This document shows, in pieces, positions 41,793 to 54,309 of a stretch of 64,000 nt of DNA. Each line of letters begins with the position of its first letter. Within the stretch, counting starts at the first letter, position 1. The notes beneath the pieces were generated by a model, which was not told the DNA's origin, did no database searches, and saw nothing but the letters and a program-made list of their open reading frames with translations. Made by a program: the position numbers and the translations under genes. Source of the DNA: Lama guanicoe (taxonomy: Eukaryota); the NCBI GenBank assembly GCA_013239625.1, contig MU053810.1, forward strand, positions 2,305,518 through 2,369,517. The letters run 5' to 3'.

Positions 41793-44582
41793 GGGGCTCC
41801 GGCTACGGCTGCTGCAGCAGCGCCGGCGCTCCTGTGCGCTCGGCCTCCTGGCCCGCCAGGGAGCTCAGACCGCGAGCCCGCCGTGCGCCCGCCCACTCCG
41901 TTCCCCGGGCCTGCGGCGATGGGAGCCCCGCGCGGAGCCCCGATGAGCCCCCGCCGGCTTCCTCTGCTCAGCGTCCTGCTGCTGCCGCTGTTGGGCGGTG
42001 CCGAGGCAGCCATTGTCTTCATCAAGGAGCCGTCCTCCCAGGATGCGCTGCAGGGGCGCCGGGCGCTGTGAGGTCGAGGCCCCAGACCCAGTGGACGTGT
42101 ACCGCCTGCTGGATGGGGGCCCCTGTCCAGGACACCGAGCGGCGCTTCGCCCAGGGCAGCAGCCTGAGCTTCACAGCTGTGGACCGGCTGCAGGACTAAG
42201 GTGCCTTCCAGTGCGTGGCTTGGGATGACTCCACCAGCGAGGAGGCCCGCAGTGCCAACGCCTCCAACATCAAATGGATTGAGACCGGTCCCGTGGTTCT
42301 GAAGCATGAAGCCTCAGAAGCCGAGATCCAGCCACAGGCCCAGGTCACACTGTGTTGTCATATTGATGGGCACCCTCGGCCCACCTACCAGTGGCTCCAA
42401 GATGGGAGCCCCCTCACTGATGGCCAGAGCAACCACACAGTCAGCAGCAAGGAGTGGAACCTGACCCCCTGGCTGACCAGCCTGAGCATAGTGGCATCTA
42501 CTCCTGCTGTGCCCACAATGCATTTGGCCAGGCCTGCAGCAGCCAGAAGTTCACCTTGAGCATTGCTGATGAGAGCTTTGCCAGGGTGGTGCTGGTGCCC
42601 CAGGACGTGGTCGTGGCAAGGAACAAGGAGGCCATGTTCCACTGTCAGTTCTCCACCCAGCCTCCCCCGACCCTGCAGTGGATCTTTGAGGATGAGACTC
42701 CCATCACTAACCGCAGTCGTCCCCTGCACCTCCGCAGAGCCATGGTGTTTGCCAGTGGGTCCCTGCTGCTGACCCAGGTCCGACCACGCAATGCAGGGGT
42801 CTACCGCTCCATCGTCCTGGAGGCCACACTCCACCTGGCAGAGATTGAAGATATGCCGCCTTTTGAGCCACGGGTGTTCACAGCTAGCAGCGAGGAGTGT
42901 GTGGCCTGCCCGCCCCTCCAGGGTCTTCCAAACCCAGTGCGTGGTGGGAGCATGCAGGAGCCCAGCTGCCCACCCATGGCAGAGTCTACCAGCAGGGCCA
43001 CGAGCTGGTGTTTGCCAGCACAGCTGAGAGCGATGCTGGTGTCTACACCTGCCACGCAGCCAACCTGGCCGGTCAGCGGCGACAAGATGTCAACATCATC
43101 GTGGCCACTGTGCCCACATAGCTGAAGAAGCCCCAAGACAGCCAGCTGGAGGAGGGCAAGCCAGGCTATCAGCATTGCCTGACCCAGGCTACACCAAAAC
43201 CCACAGTCGTCGCAAGGATGAAAACTTGAAGTCTCAGCCCCTAAGCACGAAGCAGAAGGTGGCCCTGGGCATGGAGCACCTGTCCAACAACCGCTTTGTA
43301 CACAAGGACCTGGCCGCTCGCAACTGCTTGGTCAGCGCTCAGAGACAGGTGAAGGTGTCGGCCCTGGGGCTCAGCAAGGACGTGTACAACAGTGAGTACT
43401 ACCACTTTCTCCAGGTCTGGGTGCCCCTGCGCTGGATGTCTCCCGAGGCCACCCTGGAGGGCGACTTCTCCACCAAGTCTGATGTCTGGGCCTTCAGAGT
43501 GCTGATGTGGGAAGTGTTCACCCACGGGGAGATGCCCCATGGTGGGCAAGCAGACGATGAAGTGCTGGCAGACTTGCAGGCTGGGAAGGCCAGGCTCCCA
43601 CAGCCTGAGGGCTGCCCTTCCAAGATCTACAGGCTGATGCAGCGCTGCTGGGCCCTCAGCCCCAAGGACCAGCCCTCCTTCAGCGAGATCGCCAACACCC
43701 TGGGAGATAGCTCTGCAGACAGCAAGCCGTGAGGAGGGAGCCCAGGCAGGCTGTGCCTCAGGATGGCACGGGCAGGGGAGGACCTCCTGAAGGGTGCCCA
43801 CAGCATGACGGGCAAATCCCCGTCCTCCTGGGCCCCAGGGGCCCCGCCCTGGCACCCCAGCCACTGCTGAGGTCTGGCGGGGCCTGGGCTTTCCTCCCCC
43901 TCCCCATCCTCAGCCCATGGGGAGGCTGATTCAGACCCAGGCTGGATGACTAGGGCCTTGGGCTAGGCAGCTTTCTCTGCCACCCCTTCCCCTATCAGGG
44001 ACAGTGTGGGCACCTCAGGTAGCCCCAATTTCTGGCATGGGTCTCCTCTCCTTGACCGGGTCCAGTTCTGCCACTCACCTGCCAACTTCATCCCTGGAGG
44101 GCTAGGCTGGAGGTGAGCCAGGTTCAAGGGGAGCTCCTTCCTATACTGAAGTTCCTGGGTAGTTCTGGCGCCCGGGGTGGGCCCACTTTGGGGTCTGTAC
44201 TAGGATCACGGAGAACACAGCCAGTGAGTCCTCCCCCCGTGGACTTGTGCACACTGACCCGGACCCGTGCCTCCTCCCCACCCTTCTCTCCTTTCCTCAT
44301 CCTAAGTGCCTGGCAGATGAAGGAGTTTTCAGGAGCTTTTGACACTATATAACCCGCCCTTTTTGTATGCACCATGGGCGGCTTTTATAATTGCAGCATG
44401 GGGTGGGAGGGCATGGGAGGTAGGGGTGGGTCCTGGAGGAGATGGGAGGGTGGGCCACCCCAGCCTCACACCTTTATTGTTGTCGTTGTTGTTTGTTTTG
44501 TTTTTTGGTTTTTTTTTTTTTACACTCGCTGCTCTCAATAAAGAAGCCTTTTTTACAAAAAAAAAAAAAAGAAAGAAAGAAA
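41793..44582 (+). pseudogene. PTK7: Processed pseudogene (retrocopy) of protein tyrosine kinase 7 (inactive), internally deleted
   Basis: ATG at 41919 reads MGAPRGAPMSPRRLPLLSVLLLPLLGGAEAAIVFIKEPSSQDALQGRRAL (signal peptide/Ig1 start). Ig segments follow (KWIETGPVVLKH, CHIDGHPRPTYQW, MFHCQFSTQPPPTLQW, DAGVYTCHAANLAGQRRQDVNI), then the pseudokinase C-lobe HKDLAARN...VKVSALGLSKD...DSKP* ending 43732. No introns. AATAAA at 44537-44542, poly(A) from 44557. TSD GAAAAGGAACTTA at 41780-41792 and 44583-44595. Stops at 42069-71, 42197-99 and 43119-21 plus several frameshifts. Confidence 0.97.
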
Positions 44583-47500
44583 GAAAAGGAACTTAATCTG
44601 GTTAGGTTTAGAGAGATGAGGTTTGAGACGATGGAAAAATACTCAGTGTCCAGCTATGAAATCTGGAACAGATACCAGTATGAATCATCAATAGAGACAT
44701 CAGTTGAAAATATGGCACAGATCAGTTTCCTAAGGAAAAGAGAAAAGAAGAAAAAAGCAGCAGCGAAGATGCTTATCCTCCTCTCCAGTATTTCTGCCTT
44801 GTATACTGACTTTTGCTTTTCTAACTTTTTCCCAATGAATACCCTTATCCTCCTGTCATAACATAATTTCTGTAATGCCAGGAATCAAGTCTCATATTCC
44901 TTCTGTTACTGGAGTCATAGAAGATAACTCGATAAAATCATTTTGGCTGGTTCTAAGAACCACCCCAAAATATTTATGAAAAAACTGGTAGCAGGGAGAC
45001 TTTACCAACACATAACATATTTGCTGGACAACGAAGCCCATCTTCTGAAGGTACTCTGGAGTGTCATTTATAATGGCTTTTTGAGGCCAACACCAAAGGA
45101 TGTCTTTATATTAAATTAATGCATTCATTCCATGAACACTGCTAAAAATCCGCCTTGTGCAAGGTAGTGTGCTAAGATGCACCTCCTGGGAGACACAAAG
45201 CTAAATCTGACAAGGCCCTCATTCTTGTAGCTCCTACAATATTGTAACCATGTGTGCAAGATCAAAGGTAGACTGGTGCCTTGAATCACATCAGGGTACT
45301 CCACTGTGTTTGCTAAAACAAGTGCTTATAATTTTATAGTTTTCCTTCAACTTCGGCAAAGTCTAAACTCCTTAAATGAGTAATAATATAGTTTGAGTAT
45401 GATTGCTACTTACTTCATATCTGTAGATAGAGCTTCAGATTTTTAAAATTCTCTATCATCAACTTCATTCATACACTGAGACTGTTGGTAAGAAGCTCCC
45501 AAAAACTTTTATGTACATAAGTCCTCAGTGTAAGTCATCCTGGCCATCCCAGTGGCCCATAAATCCTCTCCAACTGGTCCTTCTGTCTGGACTTAGCAGT
45601 TTCCCATGTCTAGAGTTCTGCCTCCCCCCAAGTACACAAACTATCCAAATTCTTCTTCCCTCTCATGTGGCATCTCCCAGTCGTCTACTGTATCGTCTTC
45701 CTTCTCTGAATCCTGATCATTTTATACCTAGCCAGCCTCCACCAATTGAACATTTAGACTTAAGTTTCCTTATGTTATTCAACAAATGTTTCATGTAAGT
45801 TTTTTTTCTCTACTGGAATAAACCAATAAGCTCTTTGAGGGAAATCCCCACATATGTTTGTGTGTGTGTGTGTTCATGAGCACCACCGTATGCAATTTTG
45901 TACATACAGAAGTTAGACAATACATGAAAATGACAAGTACTTCTTGGTTTTTATAGAATTTCACTTAACACTTCCTATACTTAGCCCTTTGATAAATGCT
46001 TTTAGATCATAATATTGCTTACTAGACTAACATATATTCATTCTATTCAAACCTGACTCTTCAGGGAAGGTTCTATTTTAACAGAACATGAAGGGGGTAG
46101 GGGTAAGTCTGTTAGCATGTAGATATAAGTATTATCATTACTGTATTAGTGTTCTTTACAATTTAAGGCAACATCACTAGCAACAGTTAGAAAAAAAGAC
46201 CAATGAGTTGTGAGTTATTAATATGGGGATTAAAAAGAAGTCTAACACCAAAGCTATCAGAGTTAATATCTTGCCCGTCATTTGCTGACCTGTCACAATC
46301 AGACCAGGGCCACGCAGTGGCAGTTTCTTCCTGAGAAAGACCCTTAGGGCAGTGAACGCAACCACTTGAGGTTCGTGAGAATCACTCTTTAAGTCAAGCT
46401 GAACCACTGCCCAACTATAGCAGGATCCGAAGCTCCAAACAGAATAGGGAATATACAGTTTGGAAAAGAGTCATAAAAACGATAAGAAATAAACAGGCCC
46501 CAAAGAAATAAAAGCAGGAGAGCCTGAAACGGTCCGCCTTGAAGCCCGGTGTGGAGGAGTAGCTAAGAACAGGCAGGGCAAAGAGACCACAAAGGAAACT
46601 TGCCCCAAAAACATGCCTGAAAGAGCCAGCTCGTGTTGGTAAGGGAGAGACAGAATCCTTGAAAACAACCTTGGTGTCTCTAACTTCTAGAATGAATGGA
46701 ATCTCTGAGTCTCAAGAAGCTTACACACTCACACACAGGTGCATATGCAGTAGGTCATTAGGTCAGGACTATGTCACTCATTAACAAGGTGTCCCGTCAG
46801 ATTGACATGAAACCCAGAGCTCCTTTTTACAACTAAGACTCCTACTAAATGGGTGTTTCGCAGTTTTAAATGGTTTTATAAACCACTGTTTGAAATTCTG
46901 AAGACACGTATTAGGGTGGAAAGAAAGAACTTGGCGAGGGGGGTGGGGGAGTGACAGATGAAGTGGGCTGTCCAAGGCTTCGTTTGAAATCATCTGGTGT
47001 CACCTTTTTACTGCAAAATAAAGCCTCAAAGTATGGAGAACGCACAGGTTGAAGAAAGTGGAAACTGTCACCGTAGGAAAACAAAGGCGGGCCTGTCAAA
47101 TGCAAGTGAGTCCAGAGGGAATGCAAGTTTTGTTCCCTGGCCATCAAAAATAGTTTGGAGGATTTCTGCCAAAAGTAGAAATAAAAGCACGCTCTTTTCC
47201 CTCTGCACCCTACAGAGCTGCCTTTGAAGTTACATGTGCTCCACAGCGCACAGGCAGAAACAAAACTCAGGCACTCCTTAAATTTTATTATAGGCAGTTC
47301 AGTATGAGCCAGTGTCCTTCCAGCATTTATAAAAAAGTCATTTTCAGCTCCCTCTCCATAGATATAATGAGATTTGTCTTATGCCCTGGAATTTAAATTC
47401 ATGCTTCCCTCTGGTTATACCTTCTGGTCCCAGGGACAGCCTCAGGGACTTGGCCCCACTGCCTGGATCTGGTTCAGGCACTGCCTGGATGGACAGGCTC

Positions 47501-48149
47501 CATCCAGCTCCCCGCTTGTAGGGACTGGGGCTGACTCTCTGCAGCCACCTGGCAAGACTTGGCTGGCTTTGCAGCCTTCTGGACTTCCCTGAACAGCTCC
47601 TTGGGGTGCTTCAAGCCTTCCTTAGCTCTCCATTCTGCCTTATCAGGACCACGGGATAAAATGCAGCTATCCATTCTTGTTGCCTGGTGCCCCAGCGAGG
47701 TGAGGAAAATGTCACATTTAGAATAATAACAACTCTAACGCTGATAGATTTCAAAAACAATCATCTTCAAAATCAGGCACTTCCTCGGTAAATGTCATTA
47801 CAGCCTTAAGTATAGAAATGTTCTTGTATTTTGTTTTGTTTTGTCTTGTTTTCTGCCTAGATACTGGGCTTAGAGTGTGAAAGTGGCCTGAGCCAGTGTC
47901 ACATAAGTGGAGGCTAAAAGATCAGAGGGGAGAAACCAAAACATTTCATCTTTTCCAATGCATTCATTCACCCACAGTGTCAACACAAAAGGGGAAAAAA
48001 TCAAAATAGTGTATTTCATCATGAAAGAGTTAATTGTAGGATACTAAAATTGGCCCTTTTTTGGAAAGAAAGTTAGAACTAAAGGACTCTTAAAGACCAA
48101 CTAATCCAATTACTCAACAAGGTGGAAAAGACTGCCACCACTCAGACTA

Positions 48150-48550
48150 CTAGGGTAGAGCCAAGAAGACACACAAGCCATTTAGAGGGAGCCTCCACTG
48201 GCCGAAATTGAGACAATCTGAATATCAAAAAGAATGACTGTGACTGATTCAAACACATCAAATCTATAAAGTCCATGAGTTTACAGTGAGTTGATAAGAT
48301 GTCCTCCCACCTCAACCCCTAAAACAGTGGAGAACAGCTCACTGGTGACCACCAGTAGAAGGTGCTGGGGCCCCAGTTCATCATTCGGACAAGTGATAAA
48401 TAAAAGGAAAGGTTGAATATTGTATCCTGCTTTTTCTTTTCAGACTATATTGCAGGATAACCAAATCATTAATGATGGAAAATTCATCCATATAGAAGGA
48501 TTCCAACTAATAAATGCAGAAATAATGATGGAACTAGAAAAATTCCATTT
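48150..48550 (+). mobile_element. L1MC-like fragment
   Basis: CTCCACTGGCCGAAATTGAGACAATCTGAATATCAAAAAGAATGACTG, similar to 15350-15450. Confidence 0.6.
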
Positions 48551-48879
48551 TGACTTTATCAACTGAAGTTTAGTCTTTAAACCAGGTCCTAAGAGATAGA
48601 ACATAGGACAGCTAAGAATCAGTGAAAGTAGAGGGGGATAAAATTCCACAGTCAAGGTAATTAATTAGTAAAGATGTAAAAGGAATGAGTATCTGGAAAA
48701 GAAAGTTCAGGATGGAAATGGGGCAGCAAAAGTAGGGTTGGGGGAGACACAGAAAACCATCAATATCTTTTCTGTGTCTCAATTTAGCCCAGGATTGTTT
48801 AAAAAGAAAAAAGTGTAACAAAAGTGAGAATGCACACAAAGCACAGAAACATAATACTGAGGTGGGGGAGCTGGCCCCC

Positions 48880-49480
48880 TTCACTGCAGCACTTTTCACA
48901 ACAGCCGAAACAGGGAAGCAACTCAGTTCTACTGATGGATGAATAGGTAAAGAAAATGTGATATATTTATACAATGGAATATTATTCAGCAATGAAAAAG
49001 AAGGAACTCCTGCCATTTGCAACAACATGGATGGACCCTGCAGGCATCATGCTAAGTGAAATGAGTCAGACACAGGAAAACAAGTACCACATGACCACAC
49101 GTATATGTGTTATCTAAAAGAAACAGAACTCACAAATGCAGACAACAAAGTGGTGGTGGCCAGAAGTGGGGGCAAGAAGTGGGTGAAATGGGTAAAGGGG
49201 GTCTAAAGGTACAAACTTCCAGTTATAAGTAGGTTCTGGAGATGTAATGTACAGCATGGTGACTGTGGTTAATAATACTGTAGTGTATATGTGAAAGTTG
49301 TTAACAAAGTAAATCTTAAAATTTCTTATCACAAGAAAAAAATGTGTAAGTATATGTGGTGACAGATGTTAACTAAACTGATTGCGATCACTTTGCAATA
49401 TATGAGTATATCAAGCATTATGTTGTATACTGGACCTTAATATAACGTTACATGTCAATTATATCTCAATTTTTTTAAAA
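48880..49480 (+). mobile_element. L1MA-like 3' end
   Basis: TACAATGGAATATTATTCAGC...CTGCCATTTGCAACAACATGGATGGACC...GGTACAAACTTCCAGTTATAAG...TGTCAATTATATCTCAAT. Confidence 0.88.
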
Positions 49481-50189
49481 ACTGGTGCTCAAGGTCCCAC
49501 TTGGTTCCCATCTTTAATGAACAGCATGAAAGAATGACTTACAGGCTTTAAGGCTGACAGTGGGCTAAGAGCCCCGTATCAGCTGAGCCCTGTGCATATT
49601 AACCAGCAACAACAACGCTTCTGAAACAATAATCAAGTGTAGCCTCCACCGTTATGTCTCAGTGGGCTGTACTTGGCTCACCATGAGGAGTCCCTCTGTC
49701 AAAGTAAATAAGCAGAAGCACCAAAACCAAACAATCAAGAAAACCAACCCAGCCAGAGAAAAGCAGAGCACAGCACAAAACTATTACAGCCAGTGAGGAG
49801 AGGGTCAACATTGTGAAATGTAGTTGTTTTGTAATACATATGAACCTCTGGAGTGTTTGACAGGTCGTGACACGGAACACTGACCTTGAGATTGAAACAG
49901 AAGCACTGTCTTTTTTCCCTCTCCACTGAGCTAGTCATTTCTTCTAACTGCTAAGTTTGAGAGAGGGAGTAAGGAGAAGAAAAAGAGAAGAGAAGGGAGG
50001 TCATCTGGTGAGGAGCTGGATCCCAGATTCCTTTGGTTCCCACCCCCCACAGGAAGTTGCTAACATTTTCTACTGCTGTGCTTTCTGAAAAGTCAATAGT
50101 GATACTGTTTGCAGCTTTTTCCAGAAGGGTAGATAGAGCTTTGGGTTTTTGGTTTTGGTTTTGGTTTTTTTTAGTATGTATATATATCT

Positions 50190-51790
50190 ATATATTGAGA
50201 TAAAATTCTAATGCCATAAAATTCACTTTTTAAGTGCACAATTTAGTGGTGTTTAATATATTCTCAAAAAAAATCACCTGTATATAATTCCAGAATATTT
50301 TCATCACTCCAAAAAGAAATCCTGTACCCATCAGCAGTCACTCCCTTTTCTTCCCTTTTCCCAAGAGCCTATGGCAAGTAGCCATCTGTCTCTATGAATT
50401 TGCCTCTTCTGAATATTTCATATAAATGGAATCACACAATATAAAGCCTCTGGTGTCTGGTTCCTTTCACTCGGCTTAATGTTTTCAAGGCTCATCATGT
50501 GACATTGTGTATCAGCACTTCATTCGTTTTTAAGGCTGAATAACGTTCCATTGTACAGACACACTGTATTTTATTCATCCATCCATCATTTGATAGGTAT
50601 TTCCACTTTTTGATGAATTCACCTTTTTTGATGGATAGTTTCCACTTTGGGGCTATTATGGTAATACTGCTATGAATACTCATGTAAAGTTTTTGTGTGA
50701 ATGTATGTTTTCTAGTCTCTTGAGTATATACAAAGGAGTAGAGCTGCTGGATTATATGGAAACTCTAGGTATAACTTTTTGAGGAACTACCATATTGTTT
50801 TCCAAAGTAGCTGCACTGTTTTACATTCCCACCAATAATGTGTGAGAGTTCTGGTTTCTTCATATCTTCACCAACACTTGTTATTGTCCATCGTTTTGAC
50901 TATGTATATTCCAGTGGGTGTGAAGTGGGATCTCATTGTGGTTTTGCTGTGCATTTCCCTAAAAACTAGGCCTCTTCTCTTATGCTTATTGGTCTTTTGT
51001 ATGTCTTCTATTCAAATCTTTTGCCCAATTTTAACTGGGTTCTTTGTCTTTTAATTACTGAGTTGTAACAGTTCTTTATATATGCTGGAGACAAGTCCTT
51101 TATCTGCTACATAATTTGCAAATATTTTCTTACATTTTGTGAGTTGTCTTTCATTTTTTGAGAATGTCCTTTGTGCGTATTGATCATTTGTATTTCTTCC
51201 TTGGAGAATTGCTTGTTTAGGTCCATTTTCGGATTGGGTTGTTAGTTTTTTTCTTATTAAGTCATATGAGTTGCTTATATATTCTGGAGATCAAGCCTTT
51301 GTCAGTTTCATCTTTTGCAAAAATTTTCTCCCATTCCGTAGGTTGTCGTTTTGTTTTGCTTATGGTTTCCTTTGCTGTGCAGAAGCTTTTAAGTTTAATT
51401 AGGTCCCATTTGTTTATTCTTGCTTTTATTTCTATTGCTTGGGTAGACTGCCTTAGGAGAACATTTTTGAGATGTATATCAGATAATGTGTTGCCTATGT
51501 TTTCTTCTAGGAGGTTGACTGTATCTTGTCTTATGTTTATATCTTTGATCCATTTTGAGTTGATTTTTGTGTCTGGCACAAGAGTTTTTAAATTTTGATG
51601 AAGTCCAACTTATTTTTTCCCTTGTTGCTGTTGCTTTTGGTGTCATATATAAAGCCACCACCTAATCCAAGGTCACAAAGATTTGTGCCTGTTTTCTTCT
51701 AAGAGTTTTATAACTTCAGCTCTTACGTCTAAGTTTTGAGTTAATCTTTTTAAATGATTTAAGATAAGAGTCCCACTCCATCCTTCTGTC
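50190..51790 (-). mobile_element. L1MB-like 3' region with an embedded younger L1 ORF2 fragment
   Basis: Antisense L1 motifs (TTCATATAAATGGAATCA, TTTACATTCCCACCAA, TTTTGATGAAGTCCAAC). Confidence 0.88.
51174..51576 (-). mobile_element. Young L1 ORF2 internal fragment (no poly(A), no TSD)
   Basis: Open frame 51262-51579(-): TKINSKWIKDINIR...KARINKWDLIKLKSFCTAKETISKTKRQPTEWEKIFA, typical of the L1 ORF2 C-terminal region. Confidence 0.88.
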
Positions 51791-51914
51791 ATCTTTCTTT
51801 TTGTGACACTTTCAGTCTGTTTGTAAGGCTACAGCCCTCACGGCATTTCTCAGTACAAGTCACTGCTTCGAGGTAAAAGCAGCAGGTACTATTTTTAACA
51901 AAATGAAATGACTA

Positions 51915-52170
51915 GGGAGACAGTACACAGGGCAGTGGGGAAGGGCACGAGCTCTGAAGCCAGACGCCACCTCAGTTCTACCACTTACGCTGTGTGACTC
52001 TGAGCTGAGCTACTATCTTCTCTGTGCTCAGATCCGCCCCATCTTAAAATGAGGAGAGAAAAAAACCACAGCATTTTCAGAGAGTTGTAAGGATTACTGA
52101 GTTAACACAGGCCAAGCACACAGAACACTGCAAAGCTCGCTGTGAGCATCAAGTCCGTGTTAGCTACTGT
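51915..52170 (+). mobile_element. MIR SINE
   Basis: GCTCTGAAGCCAGAC...ACCACTTACGCTGTGTGAC...TCTCTGTGCTCAG...AGAGTTGTAAGGATTA. Confidence 0.8.
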
Positions 52171-54309
52171 TACCGGTGAAAGTCCGATTATATTCAATCT
52201 AGGGCTACAGTTTCCAAAGAAACACAGTTCTCAGAACAACAGCAGAGTAGAAGCTGGACGGGTGATGTGGCTTCCATGACAACATCTCCAATTCTCCCTG
52301 GTGTCCTTGCATCCCAGAGCCTCCCACTGGGGACCACTTGATGTTGACAGTCATCTTTGTCCTGTGTACAAGTCTCTCTGTGTTTTGTTTTCCACAGACT
52401 TGCAAGTTTACCTGTTAGGTGTCAGATTTTCCACGCCACATATACACAAAACTACACTTGAATCTACTGGAGTAATTCTTTACTCTCTTAGACTCAGAGC
52501 TTCTTTATAAGGGTAAAGTATTCTTTCTCTACAGCCTCTTTGTTTCCAGGTCATTTTAGCAACAGTGTTAGAAATACTTGGTAACACCAGAGTAGGAGGG
52601 CAGGATTGATTCCCTCAGTCTCAGTTTCTTCAGGAATCTCCTACGCATTTCATGAATTTTAGGAGGCACCATTCAATCCGTGTAAACCCATATCACAATA
52701 TAACTGTCAAGTCTTTCTTTCGAGGGCTGCCTTTTTTCCTTCAATCCCTAATTATCCAGGTTTGGACAAGTTTCCACTCAAAGATGGTTTCCTATCCATT
52801 AGAAAGCTTCTGGAACATTTTCCTTCCTAGTCTCCCAAATATCCCATTAATTAGTGTGTGTTTAGCCATTGCAAATTACTTTTAATATTAGTATATGCAA
52901 AATATAATTAGATGGGAAACCTTCTGGGATCAAATTATGTCCCGGGTGATTACTGAGTTCTGACACCACTGTAACAAACATCCGGATTCATTCATCCAGG
53001 AGCACACTGTGCCCTTTTCACCTGGGACGTGTGCTGCTCTGATTCCACAACGCTAGTTTGGCTTAAAACAGAATTCCTCTTAAGAATTCCTTTCAGACTC
53101 TGTTTGCTGTCTCTATCCACACACTTCAATATTTTGTACCTCTTTTAAAAACCAAAAGTGGGTCTGTTCAGCCCACTTGTTTGCCCGGTCCACCCTCACT
53201 GAGGACAAGTCTTGTTCCGGCTCCAGCCCGCTCATTCACTCCCTCCTTGGACACCCCGACTGCATCATTTTAGTTCAAACCGAGCTGTGTCTGTAGACCC
53301 TGTTTCATCCCAGAGCCCAAGCTGAGAACAAAGCAGCCTGAACTCCACCCGCAGAACATTCCTCACTCAAGAGAACACGTCTCCCTCTACCAAACTGAAC
53401 TCAGGAAGACTTATACTAGGGTCTCACTGAGCTAATAAAAGACGAAATCCACTGGGTGAGGTGAGGCCACAAGGCCTCTGCCACCAGGACAGCCCGTCCT
53501 CCCTAAACCCTTTTCTCTGATGTTTCCCCATCCTTATCCTCCCACGGGGCTGTTTCAAGGTCTGGTTTCTCCAGTCTCAGGAAACCCACATCCTAGTTAC
53601 AGCCTCAGTGGAGAATGAAAACAATAAAAATTAAAAATAAAATGGAAAGCTGGCAGTGGTTCTTGGCATAATAATATTTGACCGAAATGAGGCTTGAGAA
53701 CTTACTTCTTGGGCCAGGTGAGGCTACCTGCATTCAGCCTCCTGGAGCTGCACACAAGGAGCCTGAAGGGCCAAAGAAATGGAACCACAAGGGGCTTCTT
53801 GGCTAAAGAAAAGGAACAGCTCCAGCTAATACGGAACATGCCTGCTGAGCTGCTCATGGGGCCAAGATGCCACGCACAAGCCCTCTGCATGCAGAGTGAG
53901 GCAGGGCAGGACTACATGAGACGGCTTCTGTGCAAGCAGGGTGCCAACCAACCCGGATGCTTGCAACTGCTCTGGTTTCAACACCGAAAGGCCCTCAGTG
54001 GCTACCCTGCCACCATCGGCTTTCTGCAGTTGGCTACTCTCATCCCAAACCAGACCAGGACAAGAGAGGAGGCCAGAAATTAGCTAAGAGGTGAGGAAGA
54101 ACAGGGCACCCTGTCCCTGAGGCAGGACTTTCTGGATCTTAAAGAGCTTTGTTTAGATTCAGTGCAGTTCTCTAAGAGAGAAAGCTCCTTTTTTCATTCA
54201 AGCACCCTCAGGCGTGCGGCCGGGGAGTCCACCCTCTCCTAGAAGCCACCAGGTCGAATCTGCACTGGGCTGCAGACTTCCTATTAGCTCAGTGGAAGAG
54301 ACTCCAATC

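Noticed and set aside
41919..43732. Functional PTK7 gene or retrogene
   Set aside because: Stop after 50 codons, further stops and frameshifts, and loss of the transmembrane segment and kinase N-lobe.
41768..43864. Long antisense ORFs (179, 149, 124 and 207 aa)
   Set aside because: Expected shadow frames of GC-rich PTK7 coding sequence.
48880..50700. Tail-to-tail inverted L1 pair as a dsRNA source
   Set aside because: Different old subfamilies with low identity, and this arrangement is common in mammalian genomes.
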